Made by a program: the position numbers and the translations under genes. Positions 36,733 to 49,169 of a DNA stretch of 64,000 nt are shown piece by piece. The first letter of the stretch is position 1, and each line of letters begins with the position of its first letter. The stretch is from NCBI GenBank assembly GCA_002269645.1, contig NIVC01001184.1, positions 62,001 through 126,000 of the forward strand, in the 5' to 3' direction. Source of the DNA: Macrostomum lignano (Eukaryota). The notes beneath the pieces are model-generated. The model made no database searches. It was not told where the DNA came from and was given only the letters and a program-made list of their open reading frames with translations.

Positions 36733-38250
36733 TGCATTTGTCTATTAATATATCTGGGAGTAGGCGACTCTTCACCGCCTTGTATAGTTCTCCGTCCTAC
36801 CATCATATAATTTGTCAGATCTTTGAAATTTCCCCGTTCTGATAGGGCCTAGGCCTATAGCCTAGCATATATCTGTTTCTTTTCTAATAAGGGTTTTACT
36901 AAATGTATATTATTGTAGTCATATTATTAAATTTTATATTGTGCCTTTGGCTTTGCTCGTATTACTTACAGTTACAATACTCGTAATTGTACTTATTTAC
37001 AATTAAATTAAATTAGACGTTTACTAGGCCTTTTACTCTTCAATTATACAGTAAAGCGGCAACCATTAGGCCTAGTAGGCCGCGCCTATCTTGGCCTGTC
37101 TTGTTGATTCGATCTTCTTTTCTATGTTGCAGAATTCTTAAAAGAAAATGTATATGGAATTATATGTCGCTTTTAGCTACTGTTAGTAGAAATAAAAGCA
37201 TTTAATAGGAATATTTTGTCAAAATGGAAAAATCCTCCTATGTATTTTGCATTAAAATTGGTACATTTTTAAGCAAAAAATATTTGCAATTACGTGGCTT
37301 AAATGAGTTGTTCTTTTAAAAAAAAGATCTTATTCAATGTAAGGTAGAAGAATCAAGCGAGAAATAAGTTTTTTTGACAATTTTTGTTCGTTCGGTTTTG
37401 AAGATTCTTCTGTTCGGTTGATGATTCTGAAATCTGAAAACCGAACCGAACATGTAATTTGGTATCATCAACCGAACACTAGAATTTTTTGCTTAACTAT
37501 ACATCAGATTGGTATGTGTGTTATATTACTTTGTAGAAAATTTAACACTGAATTCAAAAAGTATTTTGTTTTGAATGTAAGTTAAAAATTGTGGTCTGTA
37601 GACCAATTCTTCTGCAGACATCCCAAATCAAGAAAAAACTCTGAAACGCGTATTTCTTTAATAATTTCTATCAATAATGCTCATTTTCTCGAGTATCTAT
37701 TGAGTAGATTGTCTAAACTTTATCTCATTTTGTAGATGAGAATGTTTTCTTTCAAATGATATGGCACTTTTATAGACTCTTTAAATATATTTCCAATGAG
37801 ACAGTAAAAACGAAAGTCACTTGCATGTTCGGTTTTGAAGATCCCTTGTTCGGTTGATGAGATCTTACCCTAAAGCAACCCATGTCAAACTTCTAGTTCT
37901 ATATTTTTCACATAGCTGCTTACGAATTCTAAAACAACTGAACCCATAGCAGAGCATAAACTATGCTGATGGTCGTTCTTCATTACATTATGAAAGGTGG
38001 GGTGAGGTGTCATCACCATCTGTGCGCTCATTTTGTCTGCCGCCGTCTTTTCGTCTGCCGGGAGACGAAATCACTTTTCGGAAGTAAGAGTAGTAGAAGT
38101 AAAATTAGCTGCAAAAATTATTAAACTAATTTTCCATAATGGAATATTTTGAGACATGCAGAGAGTTATAATGAGATATTATTTTATGTATGCGTAATTT
38201 TGTTTATCGCAATATAATATAATATTTAAACATCGTTGATACTTGATAGA

Positions 38251-39307
38251 TGTGAAGTGGGGCGGAGAAAGAAACAAACAAAGAGTGCGAGTTGGGTTGG
38301 TTGGGCAAATTTGAATTGCCGCTGGCGTCGAGTTCGCACGAATTAAGCCGGAAAATCGCGCAGTCGAATCTCAACAAATTCCTCCGGTTACGATCCGTCT
38401 GCCGCGGTCCTCAATTCCGGGGGAGAGTAGTCATAATCGCAGTCGAGCGGTCGTTAGCAGGCACTGTCGTTCAAATTGGGTCCTCAGACACCGTAATTAA
38501 TATACGTCGATTTGCGTTTAAAGTAAGAGTAGCGTATGCTGCTGCCACCACCGTAATTGACGTTTTACGGAACGGTAACTTCACGGGCAAATTACTCGTA
38601 TATACATGTAAGATAGAGTTATGGGCTTAATCGATCAAGGAATAACTGTTGCCTAAATAATGGTCACGTTTATTGGTATTAAATTTGGGAGCGAGTTCAG
38701 TGAGGACGTACGTCGACGGTGATCAGATTCGTCAGCCGCGGTGCGCGAGGCTAAAGTATAGTAAAAATTGCTAGTTGTTTTGCACTAAGTGTGGGCTGAG
38801 CAAAATAATAAATTTGTGGTCAGAAGTCAAGTACAAAGCCGAGCAAAAGTTGAGTAAAAGTTAAGTAAAACAAAAACGGCGATTGGCATATAAATAAAGC
38901 ATGCAAAACAGCACATGGACCGAGGGGTCCAAGAGATGGGAAGTGGGCGACCAGGATATATGAAGCGTTGGGCTCCAAGCGCTGGGCAACCAAAGGCCCG
39001 CTAATGGAAAGCGGCGAAAAATCCACAGGTTTACGCAAAAAACAAAACAGAAAAAAGAAAACGGGAGCAGAGGGCCAGGGAAAGTAGCTGCGCCCAAACC
39101 ACACATTAAGGGACAGAAAAGGGCCAAAGCCGGGAATGTGGGAATGACGACATTTCGTCATGGGGGTGGGCACCTCACGGTGGACAACTGGGACCAAACC
39201 CGGGAAGCAAAAAAAGTCGAAAATTCGAAAGTCGAAAGTAACGAAAGTTCCAAAAAAGCTCGTAATAAAGATAAAAATAAAGTGGTTGCCCCTCTACGAC
39301 TACTACA
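38251..39307. mobile_element. Solo LTR (1057 bp) with 5-bp target-site duplication
   Basis: Begins TG (tgtgaagt) and ends CA (actaca). Flanked on both sides by ATAGA (38246-38250 and 39308-39312). Homologous to 20505-20782. Confidence 0.75.
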
Positions 39308-40126
39308 ATAGATCGCTTCGATTTCGGGAGTAAGTTGACATCCCCTTAGAAATTAGCACGTACGAGCTACTGCTAGAAAAAGTTGTTTGGTTAGGAACGG
39401 TCTATATTTCGTAGAAAAAAGGTCAAATTGGATTACGAATTCATTCTGTAATTACAGGTAGCTTTCATTCTTTTCTACACAATCGATAGCCAAGCTATAG
39501 ACAGCCATTGTTTCCGCTGGCAAACAATGGCAACCAAATGGTGCTTGGTTTTCCTCAGTAGTCATTCTTACTGGAAGCTGCGGCGCTAGAAGCAGCGCGA
39601 AATCGAAGACAAAACTTTACAGGAAGTTGAGTTTCTTTCCGACTCTGGATGCAGCAGGCGAAACCCTACCAACAAGTTGATGTGCAGCAGTTAGGAAGCT
39701 GACTTAAGTAAGGCATCCAGGCCCTGCCTCGGTCCGGAAATCTTCGCAACTTGCAATTCCCTTGAGTTGATCAAAACTTCTCTGCTGCAGTAGCTGTTAC
39801 TGTTTTTTTGTCTGTACATTTACTGTAATGGCTTTACGAGCAAGCTCTAGTTACTCAAATTATGTCATCAGAAACATAGAACGGAAGCAAAAAATACTAA
39901 AATTTTGTTGCTCGTCGTAAAGACAGCAAATATTTTCTTGAACTCTTCGTTTTATTAGCTCGTAATAACTGAAAAAAAATATTTAAGACAAGTTTTGGTT
40001 TTGGGAAAGTGTTAAAGTTACCATAAATATTGAAAATTTTCAGAGTTTTAGTTTTCAATGTTACTTCAGACATGTCGTTTTAGTTAGATTTCGTGGATTT
40101 GAAAATTCTTTGGACTGTTATGAGGT

Positions 40127-40906
40127 TCACACGTGAATCCGTTTGTACTTCATCCATTGCAGCATCTCTTCGTTGTTGGCAGAAAAGCCGGAGTCACTCA
40201 GCGGCAGGCTGGCGTCAAAGTAAGGCAGCAGAACGCACTGCCTCCTCACCGGGTGCCAGTAGTATCCGATGCAGTCCTCAAACTCGAACACAAGACAGAC
40301 CTGGGAGCAGTGGAAGTGAGTTTTAGCCCTTGGTTCCTTGATCCAGCAGCCCGGGTCGGGTTGATTGTACGCGACGATTTCCGTGCGAACGAATTTACTT
40401 GTGGTCGCTTTGTTAGCGATTCGGTTGGCCACAGCGGCATCCTCGTAGCAGAGAACGTTGTTTAGATCATTGCAAGTCTCGTCCCTCAGCTTTCTTTCTG
40501 AGTCACTTTTTATTGTCACACAGTCTTGGCTGCTGTCCTGATTATTTGGTTCCGTACTTAGGAAATATGACCCACTACCATCCGTGACCTGGCCATCCTT
40601 GATCCAAACCCAGCCGTCTTTCTGAGTGCCTCTCTCGTTCAGCGCATCGACCAGTCCGACCCACCATCTGTCACCAGAAAAGCTCGCAGCCGTCATGGCG
40701 TCGTGCACAGACTTGCTGATCATCTCCTGACCGTGGTCGTGACAAATCCTAATAGCATCGCAGAATGTCACCTGTTTATCGTAATTCTTGACACACCAAG
40801 ACTTTCCAGAATTGTTGACCGCAATCAACCCGCCAGAACAAGTCGCGGCAACAGAGGCAGTCATTAACAGAAGGGCAGCTACCATTGGAAGGAGTAGAAA
40901 TGCCAT
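40127..40906 (-). CDS. Secreted C-type lectin domain + PAN/Apple-like domain protein, intronless, 259 aa
   Basis: Signal peptide (MAFLLLPMVAALLLMTASVAA). CTLD features include A...C, WWVGL, WVWIKDG, EPNN..QDC and ETC....VLC. The C-terminal HCSQVC...DCIGYYW...QCVL pattern is PAN-like. Confidence 0.88.
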   Translation of the reverse strand: MAFLLLPMVAALLLMTASVAATCSGGLIAVNNSGKSWCVKNYDKQVTFCDAIRICHDHGQEMISKSVHDAMTAASFSGDRWWVGLVDALNERGTQKDGWVWIKDGQVTDGSGSYFLSTEPNNQDSSQDCVTIKSDSERKLRDETCNDLNNVLCYEDAAVANRIANKATTSKFVRTEIVAYNQPDPGCWIKEPRAKTHFHCSQVCLVFEFEDCIGYYWHPVRRQCVLLPYFDASLPLSDSGFSANNEEMLQWMKYKRIHV

Positions 40907-41721
40907 GACCGAGCGGACCAGTTTTTTGTTGATTGCGCAAAACCAAAATCTTTAATTAGCCGAAGAGATGATTGTAGATCCGGGGAATTTTCGCGGCGAG
41001 ATCTTCTCTCCGTTGCATATGATGGATGCTTTATAGAAAATTCCCAACGTCATTTTGGTTGCAGGGATCAGCAGGTAGAAAGGCCTAGCGTTGCCATGGA
41101 GTGAAGCATCCAAGGAGCGTAAATTTTCGCGATTGTCCGCCAATAAGCTGTGGCTCCAAGATTGCGTGCGAGAGCTACAATTAAGATACATCCGTTAGGC
41201 CTAACTAACTCTCGGCAGTGTTTCCTTCAACCCCCCCCCCCAAATTATCGATCGTGAGGCCTCAACGCTCATGCCATGCAGTTGCTATCTGAGGAGACAG
41301 TATTTTTTTAAATCAAAAACTTTTTGATTTGCAGTCTCCTGAATGAAGGACGTTTCTAAAAATGATTCATGAGGGCGATTTTTCATCCTAGCCGGCTCAT
41401 AGAAATGCTCTTTAACTCAACATACTAGCGGCTATCAGCTCTGTAGGAGTGATTGTCTACTGACAAATACATGTAGAAAGTGCAGAGTTTGGCGCAGAAA
41501 GCTTGCAAGACGGGTAAATAAGTGTTGCCTATATACTGGTACAATGACTACTTATCGTGCTGTTTACCGTTGATTTTGAGGCAGATTTAGCGCAGAAAGC
41601 GCAAATTATACTACGACATGAAAAGAATATTGTTGGGTTTCGACCTTCGGGCTCCTTGTTAGGGAAGCCTTCGGGCCTCAGGCTCAGAAATAAATCAATT
41701 AGAGACCTGGCCCCCCACTCC

Positions 41722-43024
41722 TGTCAGATGGTCAGCCCCATGGTAGCTTGATCGTGTGACGAGCAGTCTAGGTCCTATAGCTAAGAGAGGGACAGCGAGA
41801 GACGAGCAGGGAGAATTTTGAAAGTAGAAATTAGCTAATCCGCAGATCAACTAACTTGCTGCCACCAGCCCGTACGCCCTGGCTCACCACACCGGGACTC
41901 TCGAAATCGGGCTTCCGACTAGAAGGGGCTTTGCACTTACCTGCCAACTAGTGTCTTTTTGCTGTCAATCTCGAAGTCATAGCCGATGATAAGGGACACT
42001 GCTGGGACACTGCGGTGGCGAGTCTATGGGGTAGCTACATGTACTATTACATTGCTAAATACGAAGATATGTACTTTTGGCCTTCAACGCGCCAACTAGC
42101 CTCTCATAGCGCTGATGATAGGCTAACTCGAACTTCAGAGACCGCATGATTCATTTACCCGAGCCGCTTGGCTAACCTAGAGTGCAAAGGGTACATCTCT
42201 GGCGCCGATTCTGCACTCCTGGCAGTTTCGCTAACTGATTTGATAGATTGATCGACTGAGAACTGCCTTGCCATTGGTCCACTGTGACCGGCGCCTACTA
42301 GCTTAGCTACTCATCTGAGCCATCGCGAACAAAGAAATAAAACCGATAAAAATAACTGTTAGATTTAACCTTCTCCTTAGTTCACTTCACACCTCAGATT
42401 GAATTGGAGTCTCAGACTACTAGCAGTATTATTAAGTGATTTCTGCCTCAGCAACAGCACTACTGAACAAAATGAGCAAAAGTGTGCGCCTAATTCAGCT
42501 ACTGAAACAGGGGACAGATAGGGGATCACCCAATCAAGCAAGCCTAGGTAGCCTCTCACCCAACCAATCAGAAACTCAACAGCCGGAGACCAGGTAGTCC
42601 ACAGTGACCGAATCGGCTTGATGCTTCGCAGCTGTAGACTCGGGATGATGCTGTCACGATCTTCGCTGATAGCTAGCAGGTGATGATCTTTGCTTGATGT
42701 TCGCTGCTGTCGACCGGGGGACTCGTCCTTGATGATGATGGGGGAAGTCGCAATCCGGGGATCAAGAAACGACGGTCGTGCTCCGGGAACCAGAAGTTGC
42801 GCGCTGGGCCCGAGCCAAAGTTGAGTCCGAGCGGGCCAAAAACTCCGGTTTAAATAGCCGCCAACTGGACCGCAGTTTGTTATAATGGAACACGTCGATT
42901 CTGATTGGCTGAGCCGTTTTGTTAAAATAAGCGCCGAATTTTCTGATTGGCTAAGCTTGTTGCTACCCAGAATCACGTGACCGAGAGATCCTATCAGTTC
43001 CCACAGGGTCGTAAAAAGATGACA
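41722..43024 (-). mobile_element. LTR-like element (uncertain boundaries)
   Basis: Candidate ends tgtca and tgaca. A promoter-like cluster (tttaaatag ~42849, two ctgattggct boxes ~42901 and ~42944) has the same layout as 11.7 kb. No TSD found. Confidence 0.35.
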
Positions 43025-43899
43025 GGTGCGGCCATAAATCACTCAAAATCGCAACAAAATGATTTATGACTTTTCGCGTAGGATTGACGGAAATAAATGA
43101 AAAAATATACATTAGAAAGCTCTTATTAAATAGAAAGTGAAGATAATGAAGAGAAATCGCTAATCGCTAATCCCAAAGTACTTTTAGGGGTAAAACGCAT
43201 AGCTGTCAAAGCTGTCACACGCTTGAGTGAACACGAACAATAGGCTCTGACCTCATAAATCTTGATGGCCTGTCAAAATGATGAGAAAAAAGCTACCGCC
43301 CGCATCCTCTCAGACCATCTGGCGCCCGCCTCAACACTGAGTGAGGCGCAGGTGGCTGTCAGACCAGCTTCGAAAGCGATGATTTATGACCCAAAAAGCT
43401 GCGCCTATGTTATTATGACTACTAGTATGACCAGACATTATATCTAGTATAGATTTTATGAAAATTCGCAGAAAAAGGATAAAAATGCCCATTGCCCACT
43501 GTTAGTAGGCAAGTAAGTTAGAGCCCATGTGCTAGCGCGGGATTTGGGAAAAAGTGCGTCCTCATCAATATGCAATTTTTGTAAAAAAAGAAGTATACAA
43601 AGATAATAAGACCAATTGCTCTTTTGGTACTCGGGGTCCTAAAATGTTTTTAAAAATTTATCAATATAATAGTGCGGCAAGCAAAGTGGCCGCTACCATG
43701 TGGACCTGCTGTAATATTCTATACATAATCAATAAAATATTCGCTCGTAGTCAGAAATAATCTTTCGCATCCTCTTCCTCAATTAGAATATAAAAACTGA
43801 CGAAAAAACTCGCAAATCTGTTGAAATACGTAGTGTAAGTTGAAAATGAAAGCAAAAATGCGTACTGTCGCGATTGTACATGTATAGGCAATCTTACTC

Positions 43900-44115
43900 A
43901 ATAGAAGGGCGAAACGTCTGTGGGCTAATTGGTCTGTGGTGACACTTTCCCGCGGGCAAATTTCCGGCGGGCTAATGTCATTACTGCCGCCTGCAGCACC
44001 AAAATGAGTGCCTGCGGCGCCAAATGAGCGCTTGTACATATTAATTGTACATATTGTAGAATTGTAGAATTCTTCTGGCTTGCCCCCCACCATAAAATCC
44101 ATGGCGACGCCCCTG
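43900..44115 (+). mobile_element. Right half of a CAGGGGCG-family MITE joined to the end of a 15-mer-repeat element
   Basis: Ends ccataaaatccatggcgacgcccctg, as at 2386-2411. Preceded by gggcaaatttcc..gggctaatgtcat, which also occurs at ~47165-47220. Confidence 0.6.
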
Positions 44116-46574
44116 AACGCAGATTCATGTATTCAATTGTATGATACATCGAAACTCGTGACTATGTACATGATCGGGGCCTGTCTCAGTGAGCTACTAA
44201 ATCATGCAAATGCGACCCATTTGTCGCTTTGTCCATTAAATTTCTGCTTTAAGCTACTAAGCACATGGACAACTACTCTAGTACTCTACTCTACTCTAGT
44301 TGTCCATGACTAAGCATTGCGGGGGGGGGGCGATTCGATCGTGCTCGTCAATTTCAACAATTTCATAGAAAATGTTTGTTTTAGACAATGAAGAGAAAAT
44401 ATAGATGCAGATTCTCATGTTTGGCCGAACAGGCTGTCTAAAGCAACAATTGCCACATTACTTATACTACTACTTTTGCTACTACTACTATGATGTTTTT
44501 CGAAGGCTTGGCAATACTTATTAATTTGTAATAATCTGTTTATTCCCGTTGTGAATCATACTTTTTCGCTTCAAATTTCTTTACTATTCGTTTTTTTGTT
44601 TTTATTATTTCGTTTATATATGTTTATATGTTTTTCTAAAGCTGAGTGGATCGATCGACCGGCCGGTTTAACGCGTATCTTATATTTATATGTGTTATAT
44701 TGGAAATATGTTTCTGGGATCGAAGCGTCAGGAAGGTGATGGCCGCCATTTTTTCTTCTGCTGCGGCATCCTGCGGCCAGTGTTGCTCGAGCACGGCGTG
44801 CTGCAGTGACTGCTGTTGGGTGGCTTAGGGATGATATAGCCCCGTCTGATGGTATATCACTGTCAGGTGCTGCAGTCACTACATGTATATAGATCAAGAG
44901 CATATCAGAGCATGCCATCTGCAGGTAGAGAATCACAGTGTATACTCAAGGCTGCAATTCACAAGTTTTATTTTCCTGCACTTCTGCTTTTCTATTATGG
45001 AATTTAAAGAGCATGGAAACAACTTTAGGTAGTGAGTTCATGATTTATGGACCAAAGAAGGCAAAGTAGCAAATAGTAGGCAAATTACAATTAGATGGGG
45101 ATAGGTAGACAGGCAGATAAGGAAATTAATGTACATATATAAATAGAGATATAGCAGTAGATACAGGGACTACTCAATAGTTATTAAGTAGTCCCTGAGT
45201 AGATATTGAAATTCAGCACTCTTACGAGTAGAATAGCATTTTCATATGCTACTAACTTATATGTACTTCTTATGCTTCATAAATAAGTATTGCAAGATTT
45301 TTATTAAAATTGGATGTAAAAGTTACGTAACATAAAATTTGGATTTGATTTCACAGACGAATGCGCACAGAGCTTCGTGAGCAGATTTCTTAAGCCACGA
45401 CATGATTTGAAAGCATCAAGCACTGTAACAACAACAGTTACAGTTATGTTGTTACAGTTGCAATGTTTCACTTATGTTTGCGGAAAATAAGTGAGAGAGA
45501 CTTGAGTTGAGTTGAGGGAAGTTTCAAATTCCCGCCTTCACTATGGAAACGTAAATTTTAGAAAAACTTTGTTTGAACGTGTCTTGCCCCCCACCCCAAT
45601 TTTCCTATAAATACAAGCGAATTTTGCGCCCAGAGAGGCTAACCGAAGTTTAGATCTTTTGGTTCATAGGTGAATTGCCTATAAAAATTGAAGAAGTGTT
45701 CCAAACCTTCCTTCATTTGCTAAAAACTAAGAGCGAATGCTCATTGGACTAGAGGTAGAAATTACCAAGAGCAAGAGACGAATTGTCGAAGAGCCAATAG
45801 CGTACTAGCAAAGAGCAGAGGCGTAATCAGCCAATAGAAAGAGGAGAAATATCCAAATAAACTGTTCGAACTGAACAACCAATGGAAAGTCGTATATGAC
45901 AAAAGCAAATCCATAAGAGGAAATTGAAATTCACCGGGCAAACTCGATCCATTGGAGGACGCTGCTAGAGGACTTAGTCACCCCCCCCCTTTTCCTAGCT
46001 AAACAGTGTCTTGCCGCTCGGGCACTGCGTGCTACCAGGGCAATCCGTGTTTACGTGAAAGCCCATAATCTTTACTCCGTGACCCAGTATTTTTGCAGTT
46101 CATAACGAATCTAATAGCTAATTTTATGAAATTCTAGAATTATAGCAAATTTCACCCCAGTACAACTTGGTAACAGCAGTGGAATTGTGAATAGACATTA
46201 GAAGCCCCTCCGACAACTTGGTGACATCGGTGGGATAGTTTATAATAATTAAAAACCCCTACGACATAAGTTTTAATTCTCTCAATCCTACTGCAGATAC
46301 TATAGTGAATATTTATTTTGTCGGCATTTGTCTCGAATTAACCAGACAGATAAGTGCAATCTTTAGCAGCAAGCATAATAAAAGACCTACCACCTAGATT
46401 CTAGAAATGTACACTCATACAATTAATAAAAAACTTCATGTCCGACTCCAAAGATAGTTTAACAATGTGACTGGTAACGATTGTGTTTGGGACTTGAATA
46501 TTTTTCTGAGAGATCTGGCAACATGCTTGAGCCAACTTGACTGTTTCGTACTTTAAATGGCCTGCGGCAAGCAT

Positions 46575-47215
46575 CTGAGCCCAAACTTCCTGCGGGCAAA
46601 CTTCCTGCGGGCAAACTTCCTGCGGGCTAATTTCCTGCGGGCAAACTTCCTGCGGGCAAACTTCCTGCGGGCAAACTTCCCTCGGGCAAACTTCCCTCGG
46701 GCAAACTTCCTGCGGGCTAATTTCCTGCGGGCAAACTTCCTGCGGGCAAACTTCTTGCGGGCAAACTTCTTGCGGGCAAACTTCTTGCGGGCAAACTTCC
46801 TGCGGGCAAACTTCCTGCGGGCAAACTTCCTGCGGGCAAACTTCTTGCGGGCAAACTTCCTGCGGGCAAACTTCCTGCGGGCAAACTTCTTGCGGGCAAA
46901 CTTCCTGCGGGCAAACTTCCTGCGGGCAAACTTCTTGCGGGCAAACTTCCTGCGGGCAAACTTCCTGCGGGCAAACTTCCTGCGGGCAAACGTCTGCGGG
47001 CAAACTTCCTGCGGCCAAACTTCCTGCGGCCAAACTTCCTGCGGCCAAACTTCCTGCGGGCAAACTTCCTGCGGGCAAACTTCCTGCGGGCAAACGGCCT
47101 GTGGGCAAACTTCCTGCGGGCAAACTTCCTGCGGGCAAACGTCTGCGGGCAAACGGCCTGCGGGCAAACGTCTGCGGGCAAACTTCCCTTTGGGCTAATT
47201 TCCTGTGGGCTAATG
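46575..47215. repeat. 15-bp minisatellite (ttcctgcgggcaaac)n
   Basis: About 42 tandem units, ending in gggctaatgtcatagaccc. Confidence 0.93.
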
Positions 47216-47225
47216 TCATAGACCC

Positions 47226-47335
47226 GCTGCAGGTGCTATCTATTTTGTCGTCCTGAAGCAAAATTATTGTATTCCATAACGGGTCACAAGGTTGGTGGAG
47301 GGGGTAATTAGCATTGGCAAGTCCCCCAATAGCTT
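47226..47335 (-). mobile_element. Left half of a CAGGGGCG-family MITE
   Basis: The reverse complement matches the left arm of copy 1 (ccttgtgacccgtt...ttttgcttcagga...aaaatag). Confidence 0.55.
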
Positions 47336-47805
47336 CTACGCCCTTTGTCCGCGTTTATACCCATTCAATGCACAGAGTAGTCTTGATTTAAAACAAAATC
47401 ATGATTACGAATTCGACCAAAACTGCAATAAATTTTTGATAAGAAACTTTTCAAAAGCAGATTACCATCCAAAAAGCACCGTTTCAACGCAGAAAGCTTT
47501 CAAATTGTTCAAAATTTTCAGTCTGCATGATTGACGTTCAAAATTACGACAAGAGAGACACTGGATTGCTTTTAGCTGTCAGGATGTGAAAGTCCCAGCT
47601 AATGCGTGTCAAGAAAAATGAGAAGGTTCCGGATATGCTGTAGTCGTAGATAATGGGCCCAAAAGTGAGTCACTTATGCCTAAACCAGCAGCCATCTGTC
47701 ATTTACGGAAACAGCAGAAATCGATATTTCCGTTTAAAAGCAGCTGCATCAGAAAGAAAGCGTCAAAACCATATCTGAGTTTTCTGGTTGCAAGACAGCA
47801 GGAAA

Positions 47806-48723
47806 ATGCACTGCAACTCTAACATTATCACGCTTTGTGCTCTGTCGCTGGCACAGCTGGCGCTCTCGGCCGAGTACGAAACCTCGACAGGCGGCTGCGT
47901 GGTGCCGCAGACTCCGCAGCACTCGCTGACGTCCTCGAGCGCCCGCATGTGCGCCTTCCTGTGCTCTCAGCTCCGTCGTCCCTGCATCGCCTGGAGCCAC
48001 CGCGCAGGCGTCTGCAACATGTCGGACAGCCTCCAGACCGCCAGTCTGACGAACGACACCGACTGCCAGTCGTGGAGCGCCCTGCTCCAGCTCGGCCTCG
48101 TCGCCTTCTGGCCCATGAGCAACGCCACTCGGACTCGCAATGCGGTCTCGAACAGCGGCCATCTCGACCTGCAGGAGAACATCCCGATGCAGTACACGGA
48201 CAGCGCCGTCAACTTCACTGGTCAGTCGGGTGTGTCAGAGAGGTTCAACATTGACCAGCTGACTTCGGTGTGTCTCACCAGCCTCACCATGTCAGTGTGG
48301 GTCAAGGTCACCAATGCGTCAAGGGGTTCGATGCCTCTGCTGGAGGGCCTCACCATGCCTTCTTCAGCTCACACTCGATTATTTCTTTATCCAACAACTA
48401 CCGACATCGAGTTCACCGTTTCGTCGTCGACGGTCTCAGTGTCTGGACCCACCGACACGGCCAGCGGTTGGACCCACATCGCCGCGGTGTACGACAAGCA
48501 GACTCCAGAAATCAGGATCCTCGTCAACGGAACTCGACAGGCCACCAGCGGCTCGGCCACCGCTTTGACCTCGTGCGCGGACTTCGGCAGCAGCGTGCAG
48601 ATCGGAGCCGTCAGCCGCATTATCAGCCACAACCGCGTGTTCCAAGGCTACATGAGATGCTTCGGAGTGTCGGAGAGAGCTCTGAGCGACTCCGAAGTTG
48701 CTCTGCTGCAGGGACTGTGTTGA
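47806..48723 (+). CDS. Secreted PAN/Apple + LamG/concanavalin A-like (pentraxin-type) domain protein, intronless, ~305 aa
   Basis: First ATG at 47806 followed by a signal-like segment (IITLCALSLAQLALS). CAFLC...CIAWS...C is PAN-like. LVAFWPM, LTMSVWVK, WTHIAAVYD, ILVNG, VQIG and FQGYM are LamG_3 motifs. Confidence 0.88.
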   Translation: MHCNSNIITLCALSLAQLALSAEYETSTGGCVVPQTPQHSLTSSSARMCAFLCSQLRRPCIAWSHRAGVCNMSDSLQTASLTNDTDCQSWSALLQLGLVAFWPMSNATRTRNAVSNSGHLDLQENIPMQYTDSAVNFTGQSGVSERFNIDQLTSVCLTSLTMSVWVKVTNASRGSMPLLEGLTMPSSAHTRLFLYPTTTDIEFTVSSSTVSVSGPTDTASGWTHIAAVYDKQTPEIRILVNGTRQATSGSATALTSCADFGSSVQIGAVSRIISHNRVFQGYMRCFGVSERALSDSEVALLQGLC

Positions 48724-49169
48724 GAACATTTGTATGGATCGAAGCTTAACTTCTAACGAAAGTTATTTGTACTTTAATCAGCCATACTTTTTTCTGTAGT
48801 CTTGAAAGTTGTCCAGTACAATTAGTTGTCTGTTAGCCGTCTGCCCCTATCTATTTTATCATATATATTTAATTGTTCATGTATAATAATTGTAAATTTA
48901 CTATAGCTAGAATCTGGGTCAAGGTCTAACACTGTCGCTCTATTCCTTTTGTTCCTAACTACTTTGTAGGGCATGTTACCTGGGTGTTTGTGCAAATTTT
49001 ACTGATACTTTTTACTCTACTCTCATTATTTACTTTTACCAGCTTGCATACCTCTGCAATGCGGACCAATGTGACAATATAATGAGCAAATATATCCTGC
49101 AAACGTCAATATGAAATAGATGGTAAACCATCGATCGAACTATAACAGAATTGTTCTTAGCTTTAACTG

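Larger units (their letters stand above)
22658..37870. mobile_element. Paired ends of a TA-target TIR DNA transposon enclosing ~15 kb of satellite arrays
   Basis: Perfect 23-bp TIR gggtaagatctcatcaaccgaac (22658-22680) and gttcggttgatgagatcttaccc (37848-37870), each flanked by TA. Subterminal accgaac/gttcggt repeats lie in both arms (22845-22905; 37385-37480; 37826). No transposase seen. Confidence 0.6.

Noticed and set aside
46401-47261. ORFs with EVCPQ, RRKFA or ANFLR repeats, and similar ORFs at 16487, 18167, 49036-49647, 56936-57499, 58406-58827 and 62157-63214
   Set aside because: Products of 15-bp, 33-bp or tetranucleotide arrays. They lack a signal peptide and the synonymous-variation pattern seen in the 15330-15827 gene.
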